Of a stretch of 34,257 nucleotides of DNA, positions 7,350 to 16,873 are shown piece by piece (within the stretch, counting starts at the first letter, position 1; each line of letters starts with the position of its first letter). Origin of the DNA: a virus (taxonomy: Duplodnaviria; Caudoviricetes); the IMG/VR virus record IMGVR_UViG_3300031716_000035, positions 1-34,257 of that record; one strand, given 5' to 3'. Below the pieces are notes generated by a model. It was not told the DNA's origin, ran no database searches, and worked only from the letters and a program-made list of their open reading frames with translations. A program made the position numbers and the translations under genes.

Positions 7350-7912
7350 TTCTGCGCTCCCGGCGGCGTCGATTTGGCCAGCAGGTCATTCACCTGTACG
7401 GTGTCGCTTGTCGAGCCGAACCAGAAATGCATGACGACGAGCCATGCGGTCCCCAGCGTGCCGACGAAGGAGAAGATGACCGCCTTGTTGCCTTCCGGGA
7501 CGTTCACGAAGAACAGCATTGCGAGCATCCCGAAAAAGCCCACTGTGACGAAAAAGGTCAGCCATGCCGGGACAGGAGACTTGTTCGCGGTCTGCATGTC
7601 GCGCGCGCTGACGGTGTCCTGAACCTTCAGGCCGGCGAGCGTCTCCGTATCCTTGAAGCCTGCCTGCGCCATCGCGAGCGCATAGTCCTGATCCTTCGCG
7701 CGGATCGCCGCGAGCTGCTCAGGAGTGGCGCCGCTGATCGCGGCGGCAAGCGCGCTGGTGCGATCATCCGTCGACGCGTTGGGCGATGGCGTGAGGCCGA
7801 ACACGCTTTCCAGCGCCGTGACAGCGCCTCCGGCGAGCGGGCCGCCGATGGCTGTGGCGATCGTCGGGGCCAGGGTCTTGATGACGTTCAGTGCTGAATC
7901 CCACGCGCTCAT
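7346..7912 (-). CDS. Holin-like protein (3-TM holin family)
   Basis: APTIATAIGGPLAG N-terminus, SARDM, two C-terminal TMs ending FWFGS; immediately downstream of the endolysin (ATGA). Confidence 0.75.
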   Translation of the reverse strand: MSAWDSALNVIKTLAPTIATAIGGPLAGGAVTALESVFGLTPSPNASTDDRTSALAAAISGATPEQLAAIRAKDQDYALAMAQAGFKDTETLAGLKVQDTVSARDMQTANKSPVPAWLTFFVTVGFFGMLAMLFFVNVPEGNKAVIFSFVGTLGTAWLVVMHFWFGSTSDTVQVNDLLAKSTPPGAQK

Positions 7913-8391
7913 GACGCGGCCCTCCGTAGATTCTTGCCGATACGATTGGTCCACCCTTCGCCGAAGGTGCCCCACGTCTTCAGGCTGGTGTAATAGAAGA
8001 TCCGAGATGCGTTGAACAGCATCACGATCTTCAGCGGATCGGCAGCGCGCACTGCGGCGACCGTGATCGCGCCAACTGAGCCGTCGGCCGTCACGCCAGC
8101 GGCCTCCTGGAGCCACTGCGCCGGGTGGCCGCCGTTATAGGCCGCGTCGAAGATCTGGAAGCCGACGCGCGGGTCGAACTGGTCGCACTGATACGGGTCC
8201 CAGTAGAACTTGCGAGCGATCGCCTTGGCGGTCTCGAGCGGCAAATCCTTCATCGCCCCCTGATAGCCCCAACCGTGCGCGACGCGCGCCGTGATGCCCC
8301 ACATGGTCTCGCCGCCGGGATCTGCCGGATTGTTCGAGTAGCCGCCCTCGTTGCCGATCAGTGCGGTGAATGCGTCGTCAAAGGCGCTCAC
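7909..8391 (-). CDS. Endolysin, glycoside hydrolase family 108
   Basis: NEGGYSNNPADPGGETMWGIT signature, then peptidoglycan-binding C-terminus (LQEAAGVTADG.VG..T; FGEGWTNRI). GTG start in a GTGA overlap. Confidence 0.93.
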   Translation of the reverse strand: MSAFDDAFTALIGNEGGYSNNPADPGGETMWGITARVAHGWGYQGAMKDLPLETAKAIARKFYWDPYQCDQFDPRVGFQIFDAAYNGGHPAQWLQEAAGVTADGSVGAITVAAVRAADPLKIVMLFNASRIFYYTSLKTWGTFGEGWTNRIGKNLRRAAS

Positions 8392-8576
8392 TGGATCACC
8401 TTCTTTCCGTTGTTGCGCCGCAGGTAATACACCTGCAGCGCGATATAGATCAGCGTCGCGACCGAGACCATCGCGGACAGATACCAGTTCAGATCGTGCG
8501 TTCCGAACCACTGCCACAGATTGATGCCGACCGGCGGGCTCGAAGCGGCCACGCTTTTAACGATGTCGTTTTTCAT
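8388..8576 (-). CDS. Small holin/antiholin-like membrane protein (62 aa)
   Basis: One clear TM (LSAMVSVATLIYIALQVYYL) and a basic tail; directly upstream of the endolysin. Confidence 0.7.
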   Translation of the reverse strand: MKNDIVKSVAASSPPVGINLWQWFGTHDLNWYLSAMVSVATLIYIALQVYYLRRNNGKKVIQ

Positions 8577-8599
8577 GAAAATCCCCGTAGCTATTTGCC

Positions 8600-10579
8600 C
8601 TAGTTGAGCGCTTCGAAAAATACGGTGGTGGGATCAAACAGCGTCCCGGCCTGATTCTTTATCTGGAAGCTGAAGCCGGCCTGCGATTGCGAAACCATCG
8701 ACACGCCGACGGCACTCTGCCCAGCAGCGTCCGGCATGATATTGAGGACATACGGCGCAAGCGGTGGCTGGCGCAGGAAGGTGACGGTGTATGAGCCGGT
8801 GCCGGTCCGCGAGACCGATGCGTTCTGCAGGAGGACCGTCGCGGCAGATGCACCCAAGAAGGAGCCGTACGCCCACGCGCGGCCGCTGCGCGGAAGCGCT
8901 GCGAGCGACGTGGTTTCGCTGTAGATGTTGCCGCCGTTATCGATGAACTGGACACCGGGACCAGACGCGAAAAACGGTCGGCTCGGATCCGGCGCATACG
9001 AGCCAGTGCTGAAGAAGCTGTTTCCCTCAAGCAGAACCGTCACCGGACCACCGCCGCTGCTCGTCACCGAGATATTGTTGCGCACGAAATTGGTATTGCT
9101 GATGCGCTGGAACAGGCAACCGCGAATGATGACCGTGAGCGCAAACGGCGACGTATTGTCGATCGAGATATCGGCGACGCCCGCGCTGTTTTCGAAGTAA
9201 CAATTGTCGAACGTGATCGGGCCAGCATTGCCGAACACACCCGAAATGTTGCCGACGAATCCACCTGTGCCGAGGTTGCCTTGCGTACCGTTACTCTCGA
9301 ACGAACAGTCCCGAAAGATGAGGCTCGAGCCCATCGACGAGCCCAGCACACCGGCCAGCGAATTCGACTGCAGCACCAGGCTGGCGAACGCGATTTCGTT
9401 GCACGGTCCGAGCGACGTTGTATCGAGAAAGATGCCGTACTGGTTCAGGTTGAAGAACGAGGACTGCACGCGCGCGGAGAAGCAGCTGGTCAGGTTCAGG
9501 CCGACTTGCATCTGCTGGATGATGATGTTGCTGATTTCCCACCACGCCTTGTTGGTGAGCACCATCCCGTTATTCGTCTTCGCCTGCGAGAAGTCCTGCA
9601 GCGTGAAGCCGCTATACCGGTCGAGCGACACGATGCCTTGGCCTGCGCCCGTGTTATCCGAGCCCTTCAGCGTCATCGCGTAGCCGGTGCCTGAAAAACT
9701 CAGGATGGAGTTCGCGATGCTTTCGCCGATGATGTCGATGCGCGGCGATGCCGAGCCCGGATTTGGGAATGTGTTGGAGCTGTAGTCGGCGCTTAGGCCG
9801 GCGCCAAACTTGTATATGCCAGCGGGAATCCAGAAGCCATTGCCGCCTACCGTGAGCATGGTTTGCAGGTCAACGGCGTTGTCGGTCGTGCCATCGTTGA
9901 CCGCGCCGAAGTCCTCGACGGTCACGAAGTCGCTGAGCTTCTGCTGCACAGTGCGACGCGCGCCGCCTGGGAATGTCGGCAGGTAGGAGAGCTTCGAGCT
10001 ATTGATGCCGGCGCCGGCCGCCACCGTTGCGTCCGTCACGCTGCCCGCCGGCGGCACGCCAACCGCGACCGTCGTGCCGATCTTGACGGTGACGATCGTG
10101 GTGCCCACCGGGATAGGAGACGTGAACGTCAGCGTGAGGTTGCTGAGCGTCGCGATCTGATTGTCGGCCTGATACACGCCGTCGAAAAAGATCCACGTGT
10201 TATTGATCGAACCAGGGCCGACGCTCAGTGTGAGTTGCGTGGTCGTGCCGGGTGTAAAATCCGTGCCGGCAACGAAAAGATCGTCGGTCAGGTCGCCAGT
10301 GAGACCCGCGTTGGCGTCCTCGGTAATCTGATCCCAGATGAGATTGCCTTCGACGTCATAGACCACCTGACGGTAAGTGCCCGAGCCCCAGATGATCGCT
10401 TCGCCGGCCGCGTCGAGAATCACCGGATTGGTGTTCAGGATCGTCTGCGCGGGATCTTGCCAGGTGCTTTTGAGGGTGCTGGTATTCGGGATGTAGAAGA
10501 ACACCTGGCCGCCAGCGAGCGGCTTGCCGTTCCCATCGAGGAACGTCTGTTTTGCATTCGGCAGTAGCGTAGCCGTCAT
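8600..10579 (-). CDS. Tailspike / receptor-binding protein with beta-helix (probable polysaccharide depolymerase)
   Basis: P22-type virion-attachment N-terminus (FLDGNGKPLAGGQVFFY...NTNPVILDAAG), TVEDFGAVNDGTTDN pectate-lyase-3-like start, and Asn/Phe-ladder beta-helix repeats (FRDCSFESN, FDNCYFEN). Confidence 0.88.
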   Translation of the reverse strand: MTATLLPNAKQTFLDGNGKPLAGGQVFFYIPNTSTLKSTWQDPAQTILNTNPVILDAAGEAIIWGSGTYRQVVYDVEGNLIWDQITEDANAGLTGDLTDDLFVAGTDFTPGTTTQLTLSVGPGSINNTWIFFDGVYQADNQIATLSNLTLTFTSPIPVGTTIVTVKIGTTVAVGVPPAGSVTDATVAAGAGINSSKLSYLPTFPGGARRTVQQKLSDFVTVEDFGAVNDGTTDNAVDLQTMLTVGGNGFWIPAGIYKFGAGLSADYSSNTFPNPGSASPRIDIIGESIANSILSFSGTGYAMTLKGSDNTGAGQGIVSLDRYSGFTLQDFSQAKTNNGMVLTNKAWWEISNIIIQQMQVGLNLTSCFSARVQSSFFNLNQYGIFLDTTSLGPCNEIAFASLVLQSNSLAGVLGSSMGSSLIFRDCSFESNGTQGNLGTGGFVGNISGVFGNAGPITFDNCYFENSAGVADISIDNTSPFALTVIIRGCLFQRISNTNFVRNNISVTSSGGGPVTVLLEGNSFFSTGSYAPDPSRPFFASGPGVQFIDNGGNIYSETTSLAALPRSGRAWAYGSFLGASAATVLLQNASVSRTGTGSYTVTFLRQPPLAPYVLNIMPDAAGQSAVGVSMVSQSQAGFSFQIKNQAGTLFDPTTVFFEALN

Positions 10580-10683
10580 TTTTTATCGCCCGATAGCGTG
10601 ACAAAGGGAGCTTTCGCTCCACCTGTCTCTGCCCTTGGGAGACGCTTTAACGGGCCGCTGCCGCCACTTAGGATGGCTAGACC

Positions 10684-10893
10684 ATGACCACCGAACAGAT
10701 ACTGCGAGCCATCGGAACGTCCGCTGGCATGTCCATCGTGTACGCCTTCAAGTGCTCAGCGGCTGCCCGAAAGGAGCGCCGGCAAGCTCCCGGGTACGAT
10801 CAGGCGGCCGAGACCCGAAACAGCCTGCCCTACCGGCTGGGCAAACTGTGGGCGCGCTGTCAGCGCCGCGGCGGCCGCGCGCTGTCCAAGTGA
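10684..10893 (+). CDS. Possible small antisense moron protein (69 aa)
   Basis: ATG in the intergenic gap with AGGATGG upstream; overlaps the 3' end of the ejection-protein gene by 138 nt. Confidence 0.4.
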   Translation: MTTEQILRAIGTSAGMSIVYAFKCSAAARKERRQAPGYDQAAETRNSLPYRLGKLWARCQRRGGRALSK

Positions 10894-12993
10894 CGTGTAC
10901 GGTAGCGAGCCGATGCCGATGCCGCCAAGCGTCGCCAGCGTCGATCCCGGCGCCGTCGCGAGGCCCGCAGCTACCGATCCCGGCGCGAGCAGCGACATAA
11001 GCCCGCGGCCCACCGTTCCCGAATCCGGATACTTCGATCCCAGCACCCGCTGGCCTGCGCCTGACAGGTCCTGCATCAGCGCATTGCCCGTCGCAAATGC
11101 TCCCTTTCCCACCGACTTGTCATTCGCGCGCACCGCCGACTGAAGCTGTGCCGCGGTAAACATGCCGCCGTTGTTCGCAGCGCCCGTCGATGCGGCCGCC
11201 GAGCGCAGGCGCACGAAGTTCGCCCACGCCTCGTTGGCGCTCGCCAGTTGGTCCGTGAGGTTGCTGGGGTTGACGCGCGCGAGATTGCTATCGACCGCAT
11301 CGCGCAGCGCGCTGACCGCTGCGCCGAGCTGGCGGTTATCGAATGAGGGATCACCCAGGTAGCCGCTTGCCGTCTTCGCCAGTTCGCTCTGCACGCCCTT
11401 TAGCGTCTGACCATCCATGTTGGCCTGCGGGCCGAGCTTGTCGAAGATCTGCGTCTTGAGGACCTTCATGAACGTAGCCTGCTGCGCGTCCGGCAGCTTG
11501 TTCGCCATCTGCCCGAGTTGCGTCACATCCGCCTGAAATTGCGGATCGACGCGCAACTGCATCTGCGGCAGCACGTTGTCGTATACCGCGCCGATCTGTT
11601 TGCCAACCTGCTCGATGCCATCTTGCCCGACGGTGCCTGAAAACTTCTGGCCGATCGGCGCGAGTGCTTCGTTGTAGGCAGCCTGGTTGAACTGTGAAAG
11701 TGCGCGCTGCTGTGCATTTTTTATCATGTCCCCCAACAGCGGCACGCTAGTAAGCTTATCCTCCGCGCGAGCCCATGCTCCACCTAGAATCTGGCCCGGC
11801 GTCGGCGTGACACCTTTATCGATTAGCAACCGGATGTCCGGCGATACACTGGGTGAAATTACGCGGCCGGCTAACCCAGCCAATGGCGACATTGCGCCAC
11901 CAGTAGCCGCTCCCACGCCAATCTGCTTGAGTTTTTCTAGAGCGAAGTCTTGGCTATCTGCGTCAACAGGAGACAAGGCTGCTGTCACACCACCCATGCC
12001 AGCGCCAATCGCTGCCATCCCGGGCAATGTTTTCGACACTGGTGCAAGCGCACCGAGCGGCGCCGTGGCCGCGATCGAACCAGCGATATTTCCCGCGCCG
12101 GTCGCAATCGGATGTGCAGCCTGATATGGAGCGACCTGCTGCGCGCCGCTCGCCATGCCCTGAGCGGCATTGCTATTCAGCCAATTTCCCGCATTCCCGA
12201 TCGCCGCCATGAGGCTCTGCCCCTGCGGCGTCATTTTGTCTGCGCCGATGGTCGAGAGGTATTGCAACCCATGCCCAAGCAACTGCTGCGCGCCGAGCGC
12301 CGTTTCCTGCACGCCGCGGCCAAGGCCTGCGCCGAACGATGCCAGGCCGCCCGGCTGCGCCTGCGACGGTGCAGCCTGCTGCGCGCGCGCATCTGCAGCC
12401 TCCTGCGCGCTGATGGGCACAATCTCAGGCGTCTGGAGGCCCTGAGGCGCGGGCTGCTGGGCAGCAGATTTGTTCAGCGCCGCGAAGATGGCATCGTCCG
12501 ATTGCGGCCCTTGCTGCGCGGTCGGTGCGGCACCAACAGAGAAGTGCGCGAAGATCGCATCGTCGCTTTGCGGCGCGCCGGCCTGCGCGGTCGGAATGCC
12601 GGGGAGCGTGGAGGACGTCGAGCCAGCCTGTTGTGCGCCGATTCCGCCGGCCGCAAGCACCTTCTGCGGATAGGCAGCATTCACCGGACCCCACTGCGAT
12701 CTATCCTCGCCGCCCTGATAGCGTCGCAACGCGGTCGTAACGTCCGGAGACGAGTCGAGCAGTTGGGAGAGCAGCTGCGTGCCGCCCATGATGTTCTGCG
12801 TCGGGTCTTTCGGGTCGGTGATGCCGAGCGACTTATAGTTCGACGGCATGATCTGCATCAGGCCCGTAGCGCCCTTGTTCGACACCGCATTCGGGTTGTT
12901 CGTCGACTCGGTGCCGATCACGCCACGGATCAGCGCCGGATCAACGTTGTACTTCTGCGCGGCTGCCTGAATGATCGTGGAATAGTCAGCCAT
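10756..12993 (-). CDS. DNA ejection (pilot) protein with N-terminal lytic transglycosylase domain
   Basis: SLT motifs (KYNVDPALI...IGTES...AVSNKGATGLMQIMP...NIMGG...YQGG) followed by an Ala/Gly/Gln-rich ejection-protein body. Confidence 0.88.
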   Translation of the reverse strand: MADYSTIIQAAAQKYNVDPALIRGVIGTESTNNPNAVSNKGATGLMQIMPSNYKSLGITDPKDPTQNIMGGTQLLSQLLDSSPDVTTALRRYQGGEDRSQWGPVNAAYPQKVLAAGGIGAQQAGSTSSTLPGIPTAQAGAPQSDDAIFAHFSVGAAPTAQQGPQSDDAIFAALNKSAAQQPAPQGLQTPEIVPISAQEAADARAQQAAPSQAQPGGLASFGAGLGRGVQETALGAQQLLGHGLQYLSTIGADKMTPQGQSLMAAIGNAGNWLNSNAAQGMASGAQQVAPYQAAHPIATGAGNIAGSIAATAPLGALAPVSKTLPGMAAIGAGMGGVTAALSPVDADSQDFALEKLKQIGVGAATGGAMSPLAGLAGRVISPSVSPDIRLLIDKGVTPTPGQILGGAWARAEDKLTSVPLLGDMIKNAQQRALSQFNQAAYNEALAPIGQKFSGTVGQDGIEQVGKQIGAVYDNVLPQMQLRVDPQFQADVTQLGQMANKLPDAQQATFMKVLKTQIFDKLGPQANMDGQTLKGVQSELAKTASGYLGDPSFDNRQLGAAVSALRDAVDSNLARVNPSNLTDQLASANEAWANFVRLRSAAASTGAANNGGMFTAAQLQSAVRANDKSVGKGAFATGNALMQDLSGAGQRVLGSKYPDSGTVGRGLMSLLAPGSVAAGLATAPGSTLATLGGIGIGSLPYTSLGQRAAAAALTARPQFAQPVGQAVSGLGRLIVPGSLPALLSGSR

Positions 12994-14501
12994 CACTGGC
13001 CTCCCGGCATCTGGATCACGCCGCTGCGCACAAGGTTTCCGAGATCACCCTTGAACTTCGCCAACTGCTGCGGCGACTGGCGTTTGATGAACGACTGCTG
13101 CTGCGCCGGCGTCATCGAGGTGAACGCGAAGGCATCGGGGTTGACCGCGCGGTTCCACTGCGACTGCCACTTGTTGAACTGGTCGGTCGTGAGGCCGGAG
13201 TTCTGGAACGCATAGTCCTGCGCCTGCCGCATCTTCTCGGCAGCGATCGTCTTCGTCAGGATGTCTTCGTTCGCGATGTTCGAGATACCCGGGTTCGCAT
13301 TGCCCGTCACCGCCGCATTCAGGCGCGCATCCGTACCGGTGCCCAACGAACCCGAGACCGACGAAGCGTAGTTCGTCAGGATCTTCTTGTACTCGTCGTA
13401 GCTCGCGATCTTCGTCGGGTCCGTGACGCCCATCGCCTTCAGCGCATCGCCGACGCCCGGCGTCGATTGCAGCGCGCTGGCGAGTGTATTGCGCCAGTCG
13501 GTGCCGGGGCCGGTGGTGATGTTCGACAGCGCATCGCGCGCGGTGCCAAGCAGGTTCAGGCGCATCGGCGCGTCTGCGGCGGCATCGTGCAGCGTCTGCG
13601 CGGCGGTATTCGACGTGCCGCCCTGCGCGGTCATGGCGGCCTGCTGGCCCGGTCCCAGCGCGGTCTGCACACCCGGCGCCGTGCCAGCTTGTCCGCCAGC
13701 GTTGAGACGGCCGTTATAGCCGCCCGTCGGCGCGGCGCCGGGAGCGCCACCGCCAGCCAGCTGCTGCGCCTTCGTGATCGCATAGTGCGCGCCAGTGGTC
13801 GGATCGACCGTATCGACGTTGGCAGCGAGTTCACCCGGCGTCAGGGTGTTATTGATGGCGCCGGCCTGCGACACCTGCCCGGTGAGCGGATCGCGATTGA
13901 TGAATGCCGTCTGGCCGCCGGTGTTGACCGTCTGCCCCTGCGGCAGCAACAGGCCGGCCTGCTGCTTCGCGTCCTGCAGCGATACCCAGTGGTTCTGCAC
14001 CCAGCCCGGCAGGTCCTTGTCGTCCTGCGGCAGCTCCTTCAGGTACTGCACCGCCTGGTCGCTCGAAATCATGCCGCTCGACAGACCGCCGCTCAGCGAG
14101 TTGACCACGTCGCCCTTGGTGACGCCATTGCCCTTTTGCAGCAGGCCGCCCAGCTGCGAATCCCAATAGCCGATCTGCTTCTGCACGCCCTCGAGCTTCG
14201 CGTTCTGCGCGCCGTACTGCGCGCCCTGCATCTGGTAGAGCTTGGTCGCGACTTCGGGCAGGTTATAGGCCGATGCCGGGTTCTTTGCGAGCGCGCCCAG
14301 CGCCCCCGGCACGTTCACATTGCCGCTGGGGTCGGTGTTGCCCTGGATGGCGAGCGAAGCAGCCTGATTCGCGCCGATCTGCTGCTGCAAGGCCTGACGC
14401 TGCAACTGCGCCTGCTTGATCTGGTTCACCTGGCCGAGCAGCTGCAGCGGATTGATCTGCATCGTCTGCGCTTGCGCCGGAATGCTCGTATCGAGTGGCA
14501 T
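12993..14501 (-). CDS. DNA ejection/transfer protein (502 aa)
   Basis: Gln/Ala/Gly-rich, Cys-free; middle gene of the three-gene ejection cluster of P22-like phages. Confidence 0.75.
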   Translation of the reverse strand: MPLDTSIPAQAQTMQINPLQLLGQVNQIKQAQLQRQALQQQIGANQAASLAIQGNTDPSGNVNVPGALGALAKNPASAYNLPEVATKLYQMQGAQYGAQNAKLEGVQKQIGYWDSQLGGLLQKGNGVTKGDVVNSLSGGLSSGMISSDQAVQYLKELPQDDKDLPGWVQNHWVSLQDAKQQAGLLLPQGQTVNTGGQTAFINRDPLTGQVSQAGAINNTLTPGELAANVDTVDPTTGAHYAITKAQQLAGGGAPGAAPTGGYNGRLNAGGQAGTAPGVQTALGPGQQAAMTAQGGTSNTAAQTLHDAAADAPMRLNLLGTARDALSNITTGPGTDWRNTLASALQSTPGVGDALKAMGVTDPTKIASYDEYKKILTNYASSVSGSLGTGTDARLNAAVTGNANPGISNIANEDILTKTIAAEKMRQAQDYAFQNSGLTTDQFNKWQSQWNRAVNPDAFAFTSMTPAQQQSFIKRQSPQQLAKFKGDLGNLVRSGVIQMPGGQ

Positions 14502-14508
14502 AAGTCAC

Positions 14509-15168
14509 CTATGCGAGGAAGGCGAGCGCGGCCAGCCCCGCGCCAAGCAGGTTCTGCGAACCCTGCGTGGTGGCATTGGCTGCGCCGATCTGGCCGGCGG
14601 CGCCCGCGTTCGCGCCGCTCATGATCGTGTTGCCCACGTTCGTCGCGTTCTGCATGCCAGCCTGCCCGATGCCAGCTGCCGAGTTCTGGCCCAGATTGAC
14701 CAGGTTCGCGAGGTTGCCGTAGTTGGTCTGGTACTGCTGCAGCGCGTTCTGGTACTGCTGCTGGTACGTGTTGCTCGCAAGCCCGGTAGTGTACTGATCG
14801 ATACCCTTCAGTTGCGCGCCGGACAGGTTGAGCCCCTTGGCCGACATGGCGTTATCGACGCCCTTCATGCCCTGCTGCAGCGTGAACTGGTAACCAGGCG
14901 TCTGCTCGAGCTGGCCCTGCGTCGGATTGAACTGGAAGCCGCCACCGTTGATCAGCTGCATCAATTGCGGAATCGCCTGCGAGCCGAGATTCATATACGG
15001 CGACAGGTTCTGCTGAAGCTGCTGGAATTGCTGGTTCTGCAGGTTGGCGGCGTAGTTGGCGGCCTGCTGCTGCATGCTCGCGGCGGACAGGGATGCATCG
15101 GCCGCGTTCTGCCCGCTCAGCCCACCGGCGATATCGCCCGGGTCAAGAACCTTCTGAACGAAACTCAT
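14509..15168 (-). CDS. DNA ejection protein, P22 gp7-like
   Basis: LSPYMNLG, LEQTPGYQF, GLNLSGA and NLVNLGQNSAA motifs; synteny. Confidence 0.8.
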   Translation of the reverse strand: MSFVQKVLDPGDIAGGLSGQNAADASLSAASMQQQAANYAANLQNQQFQQLQQNLSPYMNLGSQAIPQLMQLINGGGFQFNPTQGQLEQTPGYQFTLQQGMKGVDNAMSAKGLNLSGAQLKGIDQYTTGLASNTYQQQYQNALQQYQTNYGNLANLVNLGQNSAAGIGQAGMQNATNVGNTIMSGANAGAAGQIGAANATTQGSQNLLGAGLAALAFLA

Positions 15169-15577
15169 CGTCGCATCCCATCAAAATGAGCGGATAGTGT
15201 TTGCCGTCGCGGATAGCGCGCCGCTCGATCTCGCCTATCCGCCTGAACCCAAAACGCCGCGCCAGCAATAGCGCCGCGCGGTTCCATTCCGGTATCGGCG
15301 CGATGAACTGCTGCACGCCGCGCCGCTGCATTTCCGCCAGGCAATCGCGATACACCTGATCGACCGCGCCGGCGCCGCGCCGTAGCGCCACATGCACTTC
15401 CCACGCGACACCGTCGATGCGGCGGAACATCATGAAACCCGCGTCGCCCACCCTCAGATACGTGTACTGCGCATCCGGCCCGACCTCATCGCGCGCCACG
15501 CCGTCCTCGCGCACGCATTCCCACACATGCGGATCCCGCATCACGTCAGCGACGAAATCGGGCTCCGCGTCTTTCAA
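15143..15577 (-). CDS. GNAT-fold virion assembly protein (P22 gp14-like)
   Basis: TTG start overlapping the upstream TGA; WEVHVAL and NRAALLLARRFGF..IG GNAT-like motif; position before the gp7-like gene. Confidence 0.7.
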   Translation of the reverse strand: MKDAEPDFVADVMRDPHVWECVREDGVARDEVGPDAQYTYLRVGDAGFMMFRRIDGVAWEVHVALRRGAGAVDQVYRDCLAEMQRRGVQQFIAPIPEWNRAALLLARRFGFRRIGEIERRAIRDGKHYPLILMGCDDEFRSEGS

Positions 15578-15915
15578 CGGATGCCGCCTACCTGATACGT
15601 CTCGGCTGCCGTCGGAGTGATGCCGGCCGCCGTGTTGTTCGAGAACGTGATGGCGAGCGTGTTGGCCGCGCTCACGCGGCAATTCACGACGCCGAGACCA
15701 GCCTGCGACGTCGGCTTCGTCACGTACACCACATCGCCCACCGCAATGCCCGGCAGCGCGAAGGTCTGCTCGGCAGTCGTGTTCGCCGCCACCGCGGCAG
15801 GCGAGATCGTCAGCGGCAGGCGATAGATCTGCGTCACCTTGTCGCCGGGCGTGCCCTTGAAGGTCAGCGAGGCGACCACCGGTTCATCCGTTGCAACACC
15901 GAGAAAGCTGGTCAT
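15574..15915 (-). CDS. Small beta-rich tail/structural protein (113 aa)
   Basis: AGGAG-type RBS region; PAAVAANTTAEQTF...GIAVGDVV pattern; lies in the tail cluster. Confidence 0.7.
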   Translation of the reverse strand: MTSFLGVATDEPVVASLTFKGTPGDKVTQIYRLPLTISPAAVAANTTAEQTFALPGIAVGDVVYVTKPTSQAGLGVVNCRVSAANTLAITFSNNTAAGITPTAAETYQVGGIR

Positions 15916-15925
15916 TTCATGCTCC

Positions 15926-16273
15926 TTAGGAAGGCGATCCGGAGGTCTCGTAGACGCCCCCGGCGATGGTTACAGCGGTTGCGGTGACGGCCAGCGCCTG
16001 AAGCGTCATGCCGGGATCGAGTTGCAGGCCGATCGCCTGCGGCGGCACATACGACTGGCCGGCCGCCAGCGAAAACGCGGAAAGGATCGTGTTGCCCGCG
16101 ACAGCGCTGCCACCCGACGGCACGCGAAACAGCGTCACTGCCACCGGGCTCGCGCTTGTGTTGGTCAGCGACAGGTTGTTGATCGTCGACGTGGTGTTCG
16201 TCGGCGCGGTGTAATAGGTGGCCGCCGAGGTCGTCAGTTGCGCCGCCGCGATGGCTTTCGGAATGCGTTGCAT
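15926..16273 (-). CDS. Small beta-rich tail/structural protein (115 aa)
   Basis: YTAP...LTNTSASPVAVTL...LDPG pattern; GAGG RBS; tail cluster. Confidence 0.72.
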   Translation of the reverse strand: MQRIPKAIAAAQLTTSAATYYTAPTNTTSTINNLSLTNTSASPVAVTLFRVPSGGSAVAGNTILSAFSLAAGQSYVPPQAIGLQLDPGMTLQALAVTATAVTIAGGVYETSGSPS

Positions 16274-16275
16274 GG

Positions 16276-16575
16276 CTACCTCGGGATGACAGTGATGGTG
16301 GGCACGGTCAGATACGTGATCGTCATGACGTCGCCCGCATTCATTTCGAAAATCTCGCCGCCGGCAAGCAGCCCGACAGTCAGCACCACCGCGCCGCGCG
16401 CATACGATGCAGCGCTGATCGTGCCGCCGACGATGTGAATCGCCTGCCTGCTGGTCGCGCGATAGGTGAATGGCGATGCGCCGACCGTGACCGTGCGAGG
16501 CGCCTGCGAACCGCTCGAGTCCGCGAGATCGGGGACCGAGAAAATCATGTCGGCGAGGACGTTCTGATCAGCCAT
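16276..16575 (-). CDS. Small tail protein (99 aa)
   Basis: TVTVGASPFTY...VGGTIS...GDVMTITY beta-rich; 8-nt overlap with the upstream gene. Confidence 0.65.
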   Translation of the reverse strand: MADQNVLADMIFSVPDLADSSGSQAPRTVTVGASPFTYRATSRQAIHIVGGTISAASYARGAVVLTVGLLAGGEIFEMNAGDVMTITYLTVPTITVIPR

Positions 16576-16873
16576 TTGCCAGCACCATTTCGCCAAGGTC
16601 GTCGGGCTGCCGGCGCAGGGCCTGAAGCTGCTGCACTTCGAGCGCGAGCGATTGCAGGCTCTGCGCGAGGTTCTGCAGCGAGAACACCGTTTCGAGCGCC
16701 AGCACGTCATCGATCGTCAGCGACTCGGGTGTGACGCCGCCGCTGCCGCCCGTGCGCCGCCAGAGCTGGATCAGGAACAGGAACCACGTTTCGGTGACGA
16801 CGCCGGTCTTCGGGTCCGTGAACGGGACATTCACAAGCGGCACATCGGTCTGAATGGTCGGCGGCGTGCTCAT
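16568..16873 (-). CDS. Tail protein at the gp26/needle position (101 aa)
   Basis: ATGA-coupled to the gp10-like gene; TWFLFLIQLWRRTGG followed by a short coiled coil. Confidence 0.65.
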   Translation of the reverse strand: MSTPPTIQTDVPLVNVPFTDPKTGVVTETWFLFLIQLWRRTGGSGGVTPESLTIDDVLALETVFSLQNLAQSLQSLALEVQQLQALRRQPDDLGEMVLANG

